From Verrucomicrobiales bacterium (GTDB taxonomy: Bacteria; Verrucomicrobiota; Verrucomicrobiia; Verrucomicrobiales; DEV007): 64,000 nucleotides of DNA. Made by a program: the position numbers and the translations under genes. A model generated the notes under the pieces. The model had not been told where the DNA came from and ran no database searches. It saw nothing but the letters and a program-made list of their open reading frames with translations. Of the stretch, positions 37,714 through 47,195 are shown one piece after another (position 1 is the stretch's first letter; every line of letters starts with the position of its first letter). The stretch spans positions 11,663 through 75,662 of the forward strand of contig JAYGGE010000099.1 of NCBI GenBank assembly GCA_046581505.1, read 5' to 3'.

Positions 37714-39249
37714 ATGTTTGTCCGACTTTACTCAGGAGCACTTGCCGGCGTTGATGCCGTTGAGATTGAAATTGAAGTCAATGAAGGTGGCGGAGACCCT
37801 AAAATGATCATTGTCGGTTTGCCTGATACCGCAGTGAAAGAAAGTCGCGACCGGGTGTGGACTGCTGTTGCCAACTCGGGGTTTCGCCGACCGAAAGGAA
37901 GAGTAACGATTAACCTTGCGCCGGCTGACATTAAAAAGCAGGGCCCCAGCTTTGATTTGGCTATTGCGCTCGGCCTGGTTGCCCTGCAGGAGGAGTTCAA
38001 GTGCGGCGTGCTCGAGAAAACCGCAGTTTTTGGTGAATTGGCTCTCAATGGGCACGTACGCGAAGTGAAAGGAATCCTGTCATTGGCAGAGACTGCCCGT
38101 GATGCCGGGCGCAGGGCGATGATCGTGCCCAGCGGCAATGTCATTGAAGCCTGCCTGATTAGCGGGATTCATGTATATGGAGTTTCCAACCTGAGGGAGG
38201 CCGCTGAGTTATTACAAGGCAGCAGCGGGCGTTTGCCGGAGCGCATCGACCGCAAGAAATATTTCAGGGACAGCCAGAGTTATGAAATTGATTTTTCTGA
38301 AGTCAGGGGACAGGCGCATGTGAAGCGCGCGATTGAGGTTGCGGTAGCCGGCAATCACAACCTGTTGATGCTGGGACCTCCGGGAACAGGAAAATCCATG
38401 CTGGCTCAACGTATTGTCACCATCATGCCGCAGATGAGTGAAGAGGAGGTGATTGCCACTACCAAGGTGCATTCTGTTGCAGGCCTCCTTAAGAATAACG
38501 GGCAGATTCTTGCTTCACGTCCCTTTCGTTCGCCACACCATACGGTTTCTGATGCCGGGTTACTGGGCGGAAGCACAAACCCAAGGCCGGGTGAGGTTTC
38601 CCTCGCGCATCATGGGATACTTTTCCTGGATGAACTTCCCGAGTTCCGCAGGTCCACCCTTGAGGTGATGCGACAACCTCTGGAAGACGGGAGGGTTACC
38701 ATTTCGCGGGCCGCCGCCACCACTACATTTCCCGCCGAATTCATGCTGGTGGCGGCAATGAATCCATGTCCATGCGGTTACCTGACCGATCCCAAACGGA
38801 ATTGTCGTTGCAGCCCGAACCAGGTCAGTAATTATCGCCAGCGTATTTCAGGTCCTTTACTGGATAGGATTGATTTGCATGTGGGTGTGCCGACCATTGA
38901 TTTCAAGGAACTCAGCAGTGAGAAGACAGAGGAGGGGAGCAGTGCTCTCAGGGAAAGGATTGAACGTGCACGGCAGGTGCAGGCATCTCGTTTCGTGCAT
39001 GAGTCCAGGATTGTTACCAACGCGTCCATGGCACCGGGTTTAGTGCGCAAGCATTGCAGGCTGGATGATGAGGGAAACGGCCTGCTTGAACAGGCGATGA
39101 GTGAACTTAACTTGTCCGCACGTGCGCATGGGCGCATCCTGAAGATTGCACGAACTCTTGCTGATCTCGATGGGGAGGGGGACATCAAGACCGATCACGT
39201 GCTAGAGGCGATACAATACCGTACCCTCGACCGGGAGGCGTGGGTGTGA
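37714..39249 (+). CDS. comM: YifB/ComM family Mg-chelatase-like AAA+ ATPase
   Basis: Lon-protease-like N-terminal domain (GLPDTAVKESRDRV...DIKKQGPSFDLAIALG), Walker A GPPGTGKSM, LFLDELPEF, and the C-terminal SARAHGRILKIARTLADL. Confidence 0.9.
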   Translation: MFVRLYSGALAGVDAVEIEIEVNEGGGDPKMIIVGLPDTAVKESRDRVWTAVANSGFRRPKGRVTINLAPADIKKQGPSFDLAIALGLVALQEEFKCGVLEKTAVFGELALNGHVREVKGILSLAETARDAGRRAMIVPSGNVIEACLISGIHVYGVSNLREAAELLQGSSGRLPERIDRKKYFRDSQSYEIDFSEVRGQAHVKRAIEVAVAGNHNLLMLGPPGTGKSMLAQRIVTIMPQMSEEEVIATTKVHSVAGLLKNNGQILASRPFRSPHHTVSDAGLLGGSTNPRPGEVSLAHHGILFLDELPEFRRSTLEVMRQPLEDGRVTISRAAATTTFPAEFMLVAAMNPCPCGYLTDPKRNCRCSPNQVSNYRQRISGPLLDRIDLHVGVPTIDFKELSSEKTEEGSSALRERIERARQVQASRFVHESRIVTNASMAPGLVRKHCRLDDEGNGLLEQAMSELNLSARAHGRILKIARTLADLDGEGDIKTDHVLEAIQYRTLDREAWV

Positions 39250-39378
39250 GTTAATTGATGCTCGTGACCCATGTGCAATGGGTGCTAAACTAGTGATTCA
39301 GGGGTTGACTCTAATCGACCCGGGCAGGCTCATTATATTACAGCTTTCAGTTTGAACTCTATTCTTCCGTTTCTTGAC

Positions 39379-40146
39379 ATGGTTACAGGCAAGGTAATTC
39401 CCATTTTTTTGGCAGCGATACTTGGTAGCGCTATCTGTTCAGCAAATGCAAAATCCTTGGCTGAGTTCAAGGATGGCAAGAGGACATGGAGCTACGAGAA
39501 AGTCGCCGTTCATGGCTGGGTTGTTTTCATCGAGATCTCGATCGCGAGGGACGTTGCATTGAAGGAGAAGATTAAAGGGCAACTGACAGTCGGCATTGAG
39601 AACTTCCTCGATAAAGTGCCTGAAGAGGCACTGGATTTCCTCAGGAAAATTCCGATCTGGGTAAGCAATGAGCCGGGTTACCCGCTGCGGAAGAATGAAA
39701 GAGGGGTTATACCCTTTCATCGCAGCAAGGCCTGGCTGCGCGGGCACGGGCTAAACCCCCACATGGCACCCGGTGTTCATGTCATCAATCCCAAGGCTGC
39801 TTTTTTTGAGCATAGAATTTTAGAATGGGGGCCGATGACCTTGCTGCATGAACTGGCACACGCTTACCATAACGTGAAACTCAAGCTGAGTAATGAAGTG
39901 ATTAACAATGCGTATGCGAAGGCGATGGCCAAAGGGCTTTATCTCAGGGTTCCCGGCCGGAAGGACAAGTCGAAGAAAGTCAGGGCGTATGCAGCGACCA
40001 ATCGCGAGGAATATTTCGCTGAACTCACCGAGGCCTATTTTGGAAGAAATGACTGGTTCCCGCATAACCGTGCAGAACTCAAGGGATATGATCCGCAGGG
40101 TTACAGGATGATCGAGGAGTTGTGGGACGCGGCGGCCTTCCGCTGA
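39379..40146 (+). CDS. Secreted putative zinc metalloprotease (HExxH ... EYFAE), uncharacterised family
   Basis: Signal peptide MVTGKVIPIFLAAILGSAICSANA, LLHELAHAYH at nt 39847-39861, and NREEYFAELTEAYFGRNDWFP. Clear paralog of 48125..48865. Confidence 0.6.
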   Translation: MVTGKVIPIFLAAILGSAICSANAKSLAEFKDGKRTWSYEKVAVHGWVVFIEISIARDVALKEKIKGQLTVGIENFLDKVPEEALDFLRKIPIWVSNEPGYPLRKNERGVIPFHRSKAWLRGHGLNPHMAPGVHVINPKAAFFEHRILEWGPMTLLHELAHAYHNVKLKLSNEVINNAYAKAMAKGLYLRVPGRKDKSKKVRAYAATNREEYFAELTEAYFGRNDWFPHNRAELKGYDPQGYRMIEELWDAAAFR

Positions 40147-40328
40147 TTTCTGCTCTCTCCACAGGGTTTACCAGGGACATTTCTTGATTGGCTTCGCGAG
40201 AGGGAAGGTCTTAAATCTGACGGAGCACTCTTGTGTTTGCAGCGGCTAAAGTGTTTAGGATGATTGTTTGATTGACTATCACTCGATAGCCTTACCCTTG
40301 AGATCAGTAACGAACGCACTCCATCGCC

Positions 40329-41330
40329 ATGAAACCGCTTTTTAAGGCCACGACGGGAAATATCCTGCTATCACTGGTTTGGATTCTTGTTTCTGCAAAT
40401 GCTCAGGAAGCAGACATTAAGGCTGTGTTTGCTTTTAGCCCGGAACCGATCAGCATCGATGGAAATGCGGACGATGATCCCTGGGCCAATGCAAACGAGT
40501 ATTCAGATTTTATTCCTTCCGTTGTGGCGCAGAATCCCGCCGGGCTTGAAGATTTGTCGGCGCGGTGGCGGGGTCTCTGGGATCAATCAAACCTCTACCT
40601 TTACATCGAAGTCACTGATGACGCGGTAATTGTTGGTGAGGATGGTGACTGGAATGATGACAGCATTGAGATTTATCTGGACATTGGCGCCCTCGGTAAG
40701 GGGAACAATCCACAGGTGATCGATTACGGTCCGGGATTCGGGCCTAATCAGTTTCCGGTTTTCCAACTGACTCTTCTTGCTGGCGAAGTCATACTGAGGA
40801 ACGGGGTCAACCACCTGGGCTGGGTTGAACGTAACGGGGACAGGCGTTCGGTTGACGGAGTTGCAGTGGCGGAGGAGAACAAATACCGTCTTGAGGTTGC
40901 CCTGCCCTGGTCATCTCTTGGCGGGACCACTCCGCAGGAAATCATCGAGCGTGGATTCTTTGGCTTCGGTTTGGCAGTCAATGATGACGACAACCTTGGT
41001 GGACGTGACACCCAGATCACGTGGTCTACCGGGAGCTCAAATCTCTGGCATGATGCCGGCAAATTTCCGAATGTTGCCCTCGCTCCTTCCAGGTCATTCC
41101 CGTTACGGATCACCCACGTGGAGATTGATCGAGGAACGGGTGAGGTGACGATGACCTGGAACAGTCGACCCGATCAGATTTTCATTGTTGAGGGTTCGTC
41201 CGATTTGGTTTTCTGGAGAGAACTCGATGATAATGTGGCAGCAGGTGAAGGTGGCATGACCAGTTATATAGATCTGGAAGGTGGCAAGGAGGATACGAGG
41301 TTTTATCGGGTTTTGATCTGGCAGGAGTAG
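40329..41330 (+). CDS. Secreted carbohydrate-binding family 9 (CBM9/DOMON-like) domain protein
   Basis: Signal peptide. ISIDGNADDDPWANANEYSDF, LYLYIEVTDDAV and DDSIEIYLD match the CBM9-like pattern by eye. The call is tentative. Confidence 0.5.
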   Translation: MKPLFKATTGNILLSLVWILVSANAQEADIKAVFAFSPEPISIDGNADDDPWANANEYSDFIPSVVAQNPAGLEDLSARWRGLWDQSNLYLYIEVTDDAVIVGEDGDWNDDSIEIYLDIGALGKGNNPQVIDYGPGFGPNQFPVFQLTLLAGEVILRNGVNHLGWVERNGDRRSVDGVAVAEENKYRLEVALPWSSLGGTTPQEIIERGFFGFGLAVNDDDNLGGRDTQITWSTGSSNLWHDAGKFPNVALAPSRSFPLRITHVEIDRGTGEVTMTWNSRPDQIFIVEGSSDLVFWRELDDNVAAGEGGMTSYIDLEGGKEDTRFYRVLIWQE

Positions 41331-41598
41331 AGGTTTGTTGTTGTTATAGAAGGGGGTTCTCATTTTTTATCGCAGGTTAATCTGCACGCTTGCGTGGATT
41401 CACGCAGGATCTTCAAAGCTCCGGATTATCAACAATCAGCCTAATGGTTTAGGTGCCGTGATCTTGGATGAACGGTCGTAAATACGTTATTTCTATGATT
41501 GAAACATGGATCTGGCTCACGTAATTCATTTACAATGAATATACAATCGTGTAATTTGTAGTAGCAGGTGAACAGTATTTGATCCCTGAGAAACCTGT

Positions 41599-42303
41599 AT
41601 GTATAAGGCTTACTTTAATAATGAACTGCAAGGTTGCCGCGATTCACTGCGAAGGGGGTTCACACTTCTTGAGTTGCTGGTGGTCCTGATGATCATTTCA
41701 ATGCTGGTGGTATTGTCGATACCGGCGATCAAGGGCTTAACATCCACAGCGGGAATGAGCACTGCGACCCGCCATATTTCCAGCATGATGGCCCTGGGGC
41801 GCAGCCGTGCCATTGCCAAGCGCACTATTGTCAGGTTTGGTATTGTTACCACCTGGGAGGATGACAGTCAGGCCGCCTATCGCAAATACGGCCTTTGGGA
41901 ATGGGATCGGGAGACAGAACAATTTGTAGCCTTTCAGGAATGGAAAACCCTGCCGCAGGGCTTGGTGTTCGAGACAGACCGGCGAGACTATATTCGTGCT
42001 GCCGATTATGCGCAGAAAGACGGCAGCAGTGTGCGTGGTGATTTCCTGCCAACAGGTGAAGCGGAGTCCTTTATCGAGAATGTCCGCTCAGAGCGTGTCA
42101 AGGTGGTGTTTTTCGAGTTTACACCCTCTGGGGGTGTTCGACTTCCGGGTGGCGAAGAGCGCAACGTATTAATTGTCGTCATCAACGGCTATATCGATTC
42201 TGACGGTGGCGGGAATATTGTGTATACTGACGAGGAAAAGAATAACTGGGCGCAGTTCAATATAGATACTCTAACCGGGCGCGTACGCATCTACAGGCCA
42301 TGA
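41599..42303 (+). CDS. Prepilin-type N-terminal domain protein, GspH/FimT-like (Verru_Chthon cassette protein D-like)
   Basis: ...SLRRG|FTLLELLVVLMIISMLVVLSIPA (Glu+5). 234 aa. The stop overlaps the next start (ATGA at 42300-42303). Confidence 0.7.
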   Translation: MYKAYFNNELQGCRDSLRRGFTLLELLVVLMIISMLVVLSIPAIKGLTSTAGMSTATRHISSMMALGRSRAIAKRTIVRFGIVTTWEDDSQAAYRKYGLWEWDRETEQFVAFQEWKTLPQGLVFETDRRDYIRAADYAQKDGSSVRGDFLPTGEAESFIENVRSERVKVVFFEFTPSGGVRLPGGEERNVLIVVINGYIDSDGGGNIVYTDEEKNNWAQFNIDTLTGRVRIYRP

Positions 42304-42824
42304 AGAATGCAGGTTTGTCAGTTTCCCGGGGATTCAGCCTCATTGAGATCGTCATTACTGTCGGGATTCTCGCGACAGTTGTGGTTTCACTGGTCGGAAT
42401 CCTTCCGGTAGGGATTAAATTTGCGGAAGATGCCGCTAATAGAACGGTCTTGGCTGTGATTCTTGAGGATGTGCACAACAGGCTTGAGGGGCAGTTATTG
42501 GAACCCGGTGAAGTTTCCTTGAGTCCATTTTTCTACGACCGTCAGGGGCTCCATATTGGTGAGGACTCAGATGAAGAGGTAAAGATGGGGCGTCTTTACA
42601 GGGCAGATGCCCGGCTGATTGACATTGCGGAAGGTTCACGCCTGAAACATACCAGCGGGCTGATGGCTGTCAGGATTGATGTGCGGTGGCCGGTTGACAC
42701 ATATTCCGGGGTGCCGCTACGGAAGGGAAAGCCGCAGGAGACAATCACTTTTTACGTAACGCCGCTTACCGGGTCCGATTGGCCGGCGATTGACACGAAT
42801 TACCGGCCAAAGATAGAGTTTTGA
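42300..42824 (+). CDS. Prepilin-type N-terminal domain protein, GspI-like (Verru_Chthon cassette protein B-like)
   Basis: MKNAGLSVSRG|FSLIEIVITVGILATVVVSLVGILPVG. 174 aa, paralog of 35..559. Confidence 0.7.
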   Translation: MKNAGLSVSRGFSLIEIVITVGILATVVVSLVGILPVGIKFAEDAANRTVLAVILEDVHNRLEGQLLEPGEVSLSPFFYDRQGLHIGEDSDEEVKMGRLYRADARLIDIAEGSRLKHTSGLMAVRIDVRWPVDTYSGVPLRKGKPQETITFYVTPLTGSDWPAIDTNYRPKIEF

Positions 42825-43819
42825 TGTCTGCTAAACGCAATATTTCAGCAGCGGCGTTCACGCTGCTTGAGTTGATGGTGGCGATGGTTGTCTTTGCCGC
42901 GGTACTGGTGATTTTCTCGACAATGACTTCAGGCATTATCAAGATGTGGACGGAGGGTGAAAGCAGGATTGAAACCTATCAGAACGCGCGCGGGGCACTG
43001 GAGATTATTACGCGGGAGCTTACTCCCGCAGTGGTTGATACCCGCATGCAGTTCGCGGTGATCCCGGCAGGTGAACTGACCCGCCGGGGGGCAAAACATC
43101 TGGTTGCAGGTTCTCCTGTTATCCTGTGGATGGCCCCCCTTGGTGAGCAGGGGAGCTTGCGCTGCGTGGGCTATTACCTGTTTCGTGACGAGGCAAGGGG
43201 ATTTTATCGTCTTAAGCGTATCTATATCAGGCCGCTGGAGGACAGGGCTTATTTCCCGGTGATGGTCAACGAGAGCAATCCGCGTGACCCGGCACTGCGC
43301 ATCAGTGCAACCAATGCGGACTGGTTTTTGCGTAACTGGGATGCAAGGGCTTTTGATGAGGAGGATCCTGCAAATGATGATGTCATTGTGAGCACAGTGG
43401 CGGATAACGTCATTGCTTTCTGGGTGCAGTGCCTTGATCTTGCCGGCAATCCCGTGCCGGCGCTGATGAAGGCCTCGAATCATGCCGGGAGTGCAATGAT
43501 CTATAACTCCGCTGCTTATTTCCAGATGGCAACCACCACTGCATTTGACAGCGGAAAAACCACTGAATTCCTTGCCGCCAGCGGACAGTCCATGAAGGCT
43601 AATCGTGTGCCGGCCGCAGTGGATGTCACCGTGGTAACCATCGATTCAACGGTGATTTCCAGGGGAATGGATATCCCGGCAGTGGAGAACATTTTCGCGG
43701 CAGACGGCTCGCTTGACGTTGAGGAATCTATTATGAGCTTTAATCGCGCGCTGCTTGACAGAAACATTAAAAACGGCAGGACGTTCACGACAAGGGTGAA
43801 TTTACTCAATGGTCAGTAA
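42824..43819 (+). CDS. Prepilin-type N-terminal domain protein, GspJ-like (Verru_Chthon cassette protein C-like)
   Basis: MSAKRNISAAA|FTLLELMVAMVVFAAVLVIF. ATG 42824 overlaps the upstream TGA (TGATG). Paralog of 625..1674. Confidence 0.7.
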   Translation: MSAKRNISAAAFTLLELMVAMVVFAAVLVIFSTMTSGIIKMWTEGESRIETYQNARGALEIITRELTPAVVDTRMQFAVIPAGELTRRGAKHLVAGSPVILWMAPLGEQGSLRCVGYYLFRDEARGFYRLKRIYIRPLEDRAYFPVMVNESNPRDPALRISATNADWFLRNWDARAFDEEDPANDDVIVSTVADNVIAFWVQCLDLAGNPVPALMKASNHAGSAMIYNSAAYFQMATTTAFDSGKTTEFLAASGQSMKANRVPAAVDVTVVTIDSTVISRGMDIPAVENIFAADGSLDVEESIMSFNRALLDRNIKNGRTFTTRVNLLNGQ

Positions 43820-46800
43820 CCTCATAGATAAGAGAAGACAGCTTGCCGGGGACGCATCCCGGCGCTGTGGTGTTGCGCTGGTAACAACCATGTTCCTGTT
43901 GGCTACCCTGACAATCCTTGTCATCGGGTTTATCAGTAGCATGTCCGTCGAGTCGGGGGCTTCCTCCTCCATTCAGGACGCACAGCGCACCAAGATGATC
44001 GCCCAGGGGGCGCTCAGTCATGCAATTGATTTGTTGCGCACCAATATACCTAGTCCTGCTCCAATTAATGAGGTTGAGGCACCGTTCAATCTTGTGCAAC
44101 CCGAAATCTCCGGGACTCAGTCCCGTCCGTTTTCAATTGAGGTTAATTCGGCTCCAGTGAGTGATGCGGAGCACTGGATTGTGAACCCTGGAAGATTGAC
44201 TGTTATTGGCAGTTCCGGGACCGTAAGCCATGTGCCCCTGCATACCGGGGAAGTTACTGCGGACCCAGCCGGCGAATTGACTCGGGATGCGCTATCCGTT
44301 GACCTGAACGAACCTTTGCCAGGGGAGCAATCACCTCCCATAGCGATGGATCCCAATGCCAGCGGCAGTTCATCTTCAAGGTCGCGTCCGGAAATGCGGG
44401 TGCGTTGGGTCCCGGTTCTTGAAGACCCGGGGCAATTGCCGGGAAAGGACAACAGCATGGTCGGCCGCTATGCGTTCTGGATGGATGATGAGTGTGCGAA
44501 ACTCAACTTCAATGTGGCTCTTGGTAAACCATCGCCCAGTGAGGATCGTGCTTTCCACCAGATGCTCAGGATGGGGATGATGACCCCGTTTTTCTTCCGG
44601 GGCGACGGGGCAACCACATTCAGTGATAGAAATCGGCGGCCCTGGTCACTGGGACATCCCCGATCCGTGAACCTGGACGTGCTTTTTGCTTCATCCTCTG
44701 AACTGGATCATAACCGCCTTCTGGCATACAGCTGGCTGCATGGCTTCAGCCGTTACATGGAGGCCATCCTTGATTTCGTGAATGTTGCCGATCCCGAGCT
44801 CTGGCTGAACAGGCAACGATTCAACCTGAGCTTCTACAGCCGGGCGCCTGAGTTCAATGTTTTCGGCAAATCCCGGCTGTTTACCACCAATTATCCCTTA
44901 TCACTTGAGGCAGGACCTCTCTATCAGCAGCCTTTCATGGTGAATCCTGCAGGTGACCGGGTTTTGCATTTGCATTCACTGATGGGCAGTTTCGGATTCA
45001 CCCGTCGAGTTCAGGATGATAGCGGTGGCAGTGTCCTTGCAGGCAACATGGTCAACCGGGCGCAACTCGAGATGCTGATGCGCTACATGAGCCGAAAGTG
45101 GCCCGGTTACGGGGCAAGCTTCATTGATAAATACGGTGAGCGCGAATGTTTCCAGATTGCCCTGAACATGCTGTTGATGGCGCGCATGGCCACCACCTCG
45201 ATGGGGGGTGAGCTGGAGGCGTTCAGTCGTACTTATTCCTTGAGAACAACGAGTGTTAATTATGCACCGCATCAGCAGGAAATGAGAGGCAATGCCCCGG
45301 AACGGATGTACTGGAGATTTAATACCGGGGGTGAGGAAGTGCTGATGCTGCCGCAGACCCCGGGACCGCACATCACGGAGGTGCGCCTGATCTTTGAGCC
45401 GGAACCGGCACCCACTGCCGGCGAGTATTACATTACTTATCGTTACGAGACCGAATACTACATGCCCTCATTCGGGCCGGTTGTCCGCGCAGAACATTTT
45501 CCAACCCGGGTTGATTATCTGCGGATTAAGACATCCGGTGCCGGAGCCAGGAATGAGCAGGAGTTTGGTGCGCGATCACCCGCGGACCAGCACGGATCAC
45601 GAAATTGGAACCACAGAAGGAGCCTGGGGCAGTTAATTGCGAGGCCAAGCGGGAATATTGGCCCGGCAAAGGCCACTTTACGTGGCGGGGAGGTGAACCA
45701 GCGCGTGATTGCCAGTTCCGTGCCGCAGGTTATTGGCAGGCAACGCCGCCTGATACCCGTCGAGGATGCCCAGAAGCTTGTCTATCGCCCGGCTTTGGGC
45801 TCCACGGTAAGGTTGAGTTACAAGATCAGGCTTGGCATGGGAGTTCAGCCTGACCTTGAACGGGCAGGGAGTGGTGCAGGTCGTCCGCGACAGATGATTC
45901 CTCTTGGCGAGACGGAATCGGAGACCTTGAGCGGAGATGCCATTATTGACTTGTTAAGTGGTGAACCTCTGGTGCTTGCCTGGGAAATTGCTGACCCGAG
46001 ATTAAGCGGGATAGCGAAGGAATGGGTGCTTGATACGGATGACAGTGATGGTGAGTTCGGCACCCCGGGAGAGAAGAATTCAATTGAACCGGAAGAAGAC
46101 TCAGAGGAGAAGAGCAAATATAAATATATCCAGCGCGGTCCGAAAGGAATGCGCCTGGCAAGGCACCCATTCAACCGTGCTGATGAATACAACTCGAAAA
46201 GCCGGACATCATCCAAGGGCTACTGGTCGGTAATTCACACCGGCATGCAATCAGGGGTTCCATGGAGAACCTGGGATCTGGGGGCTGCGGTAGAGCAGGG
46301 GAATCCCCCGGATTGGCTGCTGCTTGAGCTGCTGGGCGCGACTTATCCGATGCAGCACGCCAACTGGAGGATAGACAATACCCTGCCCGATAGTTTCTCG
46401 ACGGTTTCATACATGAACAGCACGGCGGGACAGATTAACATCAACTCGCGCATCTACCCGAGGAACCGGTGGTTTACCGCGCCGGAGCGACGCAGGCCCC
46501 TGGAGGGCGTGTTCAAGCATTTGCGATCGGATAGTGAAGTCGATAAATTCATTGACGGCATTATTGCGCATCAGGATGACAATGAGGTCTTTGAATTTAT
46601 CGGCGAGTTGGCGAATGTGGATGGATTCGATAACGGAGAGGATCGCTGGAAATCCGAGGCTTTTTTGCGTGATATGGCAGGATGCCTGACAACCCAGTCG
46701 AATACATTTGGCCTTTGGGGAGTTGCCCAAACGGTGAAAAAAGTTCGAGGAAACAGTGAATATGACCGGTTTGAAAGAGGTGACAAGGTTCTTGGGGAAA

Positions 46801-47195
46801 AGCGTTTTTTTGCAATTATTGAACGCTATGTATGGCCCGGCAAAGACGGGGTTCCCGGTAATGCCCACCTTAACGAATCCGGGCGATGGGATCGGCTGGC
46901 CGTGCCCGAGAGCGAGATTAATCTGGATGATTCCGATACTGACCGTTTATTCGGGCTGCCGGGATCGCCGCCCCTGCGACGGCAGGGAGCATTGCAGACA
47001 GGACGGCGGCTTGTGCTCAATATTGACGGAAGTTATCCGGAGTATGACGGGCCCCAGAAGGTTGGAATGGATGAGTTTAGCAAGCGTTCGCTTGGAGATA
47101 TCAGCTACCGGAGATCAAGCCTGGAGGATGCCTATAACCCGCCGCAACCCGCAATCAAGTATCGTGTTACCTATTTCAAATATCTGGACAAGTAG
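43809..47195 (+). CDS. Giant GspK/PilX-like pseudopilin-cassette protein (Verru_Chthon cassette protein A-like), 1128 aa
   Basis: The hydrophobic N-terminus GVALVTTMFLLATLTILVIGFIS lacks Glu+5, as in GspK. It has a YAFWMDDECAKLNFNVA motif (nt 44469-44519) and STAGQININS (nt 46413-46442). The start overlaps the upstream gene by 11 nt. Confidence 0.75.
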   Translation: MVSNLIDKRRQLAGDASRRCGVALVTTMFLLATLTILVIGFISSMSVESGASSSIQDAQRTKMIAQGALSHAIDLLRTNIPSPAPINEVEAPFNLVQPEISGTQSRPFSIEVNSAPVSDAEHWIVNPGRLTVIGSSGTVSHVPLHTGEVTADPAGELTRDALSVDLNEPLPGEQSPPIAMDPNASGSSSSRSRPEMRVRWVPVLEDPGQLPGKDNSMVGRYAFWMDDECAKLNFNVALGKPSPSEDRAFHQMLRMGMMTPFFFRGDGATTFSDRNRRPWSLGHPRSVNLDVLFASSSELDHNRLLAYSWLHGFSRYMEAILDFVNVADPELWLNRQRFNLSFYSRAPEFNVFGKSRLFTTNYPLSLEAGPLYQQPFMVNPAGDRVLHLHSLMGSFGFTRRVQDDSGGSVLAGNMVNRAQLEMLMRYMSRKWPGYGASFIDKYGERECFQIALNMLLMARMATTSMGGELEAFSRTYSLRTTSVNYAPHQQEMRGNAPERMYWRFNTGGEEVLMLPQTPGPHITEVRLIFEPEPAPTAGEYYITYRYETEYYMPSFGPVVRAEHFPTRVDYLRIKTSGAGARNEQEFGARSPADQHGSRNWNHRRSLGQLIARPSGNIGPAKATLRGGEVNQRVIASSVPQVIGRQRRLIPVEDAQKLVYRPALGSTVRLSYKIRLGMGVQPDLERAGSGAGRPRQMIPLGETESETLSGDAIIDLLSGEPLVLAWEIADPRLSGIAKEWVLDTDDSDGEFGTPGEKNSIEPEEDSEEKSKYKYIQRGPKGMRLARHPFNRADEYNSKSRTSSKGYWSVIHTGMQSGVPWRTWDLGAAVEQGNPPDWLLLELLGATYPMQHANWRIDNTLPDSFSTVSYMNSTAGQININSRIYPRNRWFTAPERRRPLEGVFKHLRSDSEVDKFIDGIIAHQDDNEVFEFIGELANVDGFDNGEDRWKSEAFLRDMAGCLTTQSNTFGLWGVAQTVKKVRGNSEYDRFERGDKVLGEKRFFAIIERYVWPGKDGVPGNAHLNESGRWDRLAVPESEINLDDSDTDRLFGLPGSPPLRRQGALQTGRRLVLNIDGSYPEYDGPQKVGMDEFSKRSLGDISYRRSSLEDAYNPPQPAIKYRVTYFKYLDK

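Noticed and set aside
46756-47163. Upstream part of the 379-aa track ORF 46756..47895
   Set aside because: It lies wholly inside the A-like giant gene in another frame. Only the portion downstream of about 47164 is plausibly an independent gene.
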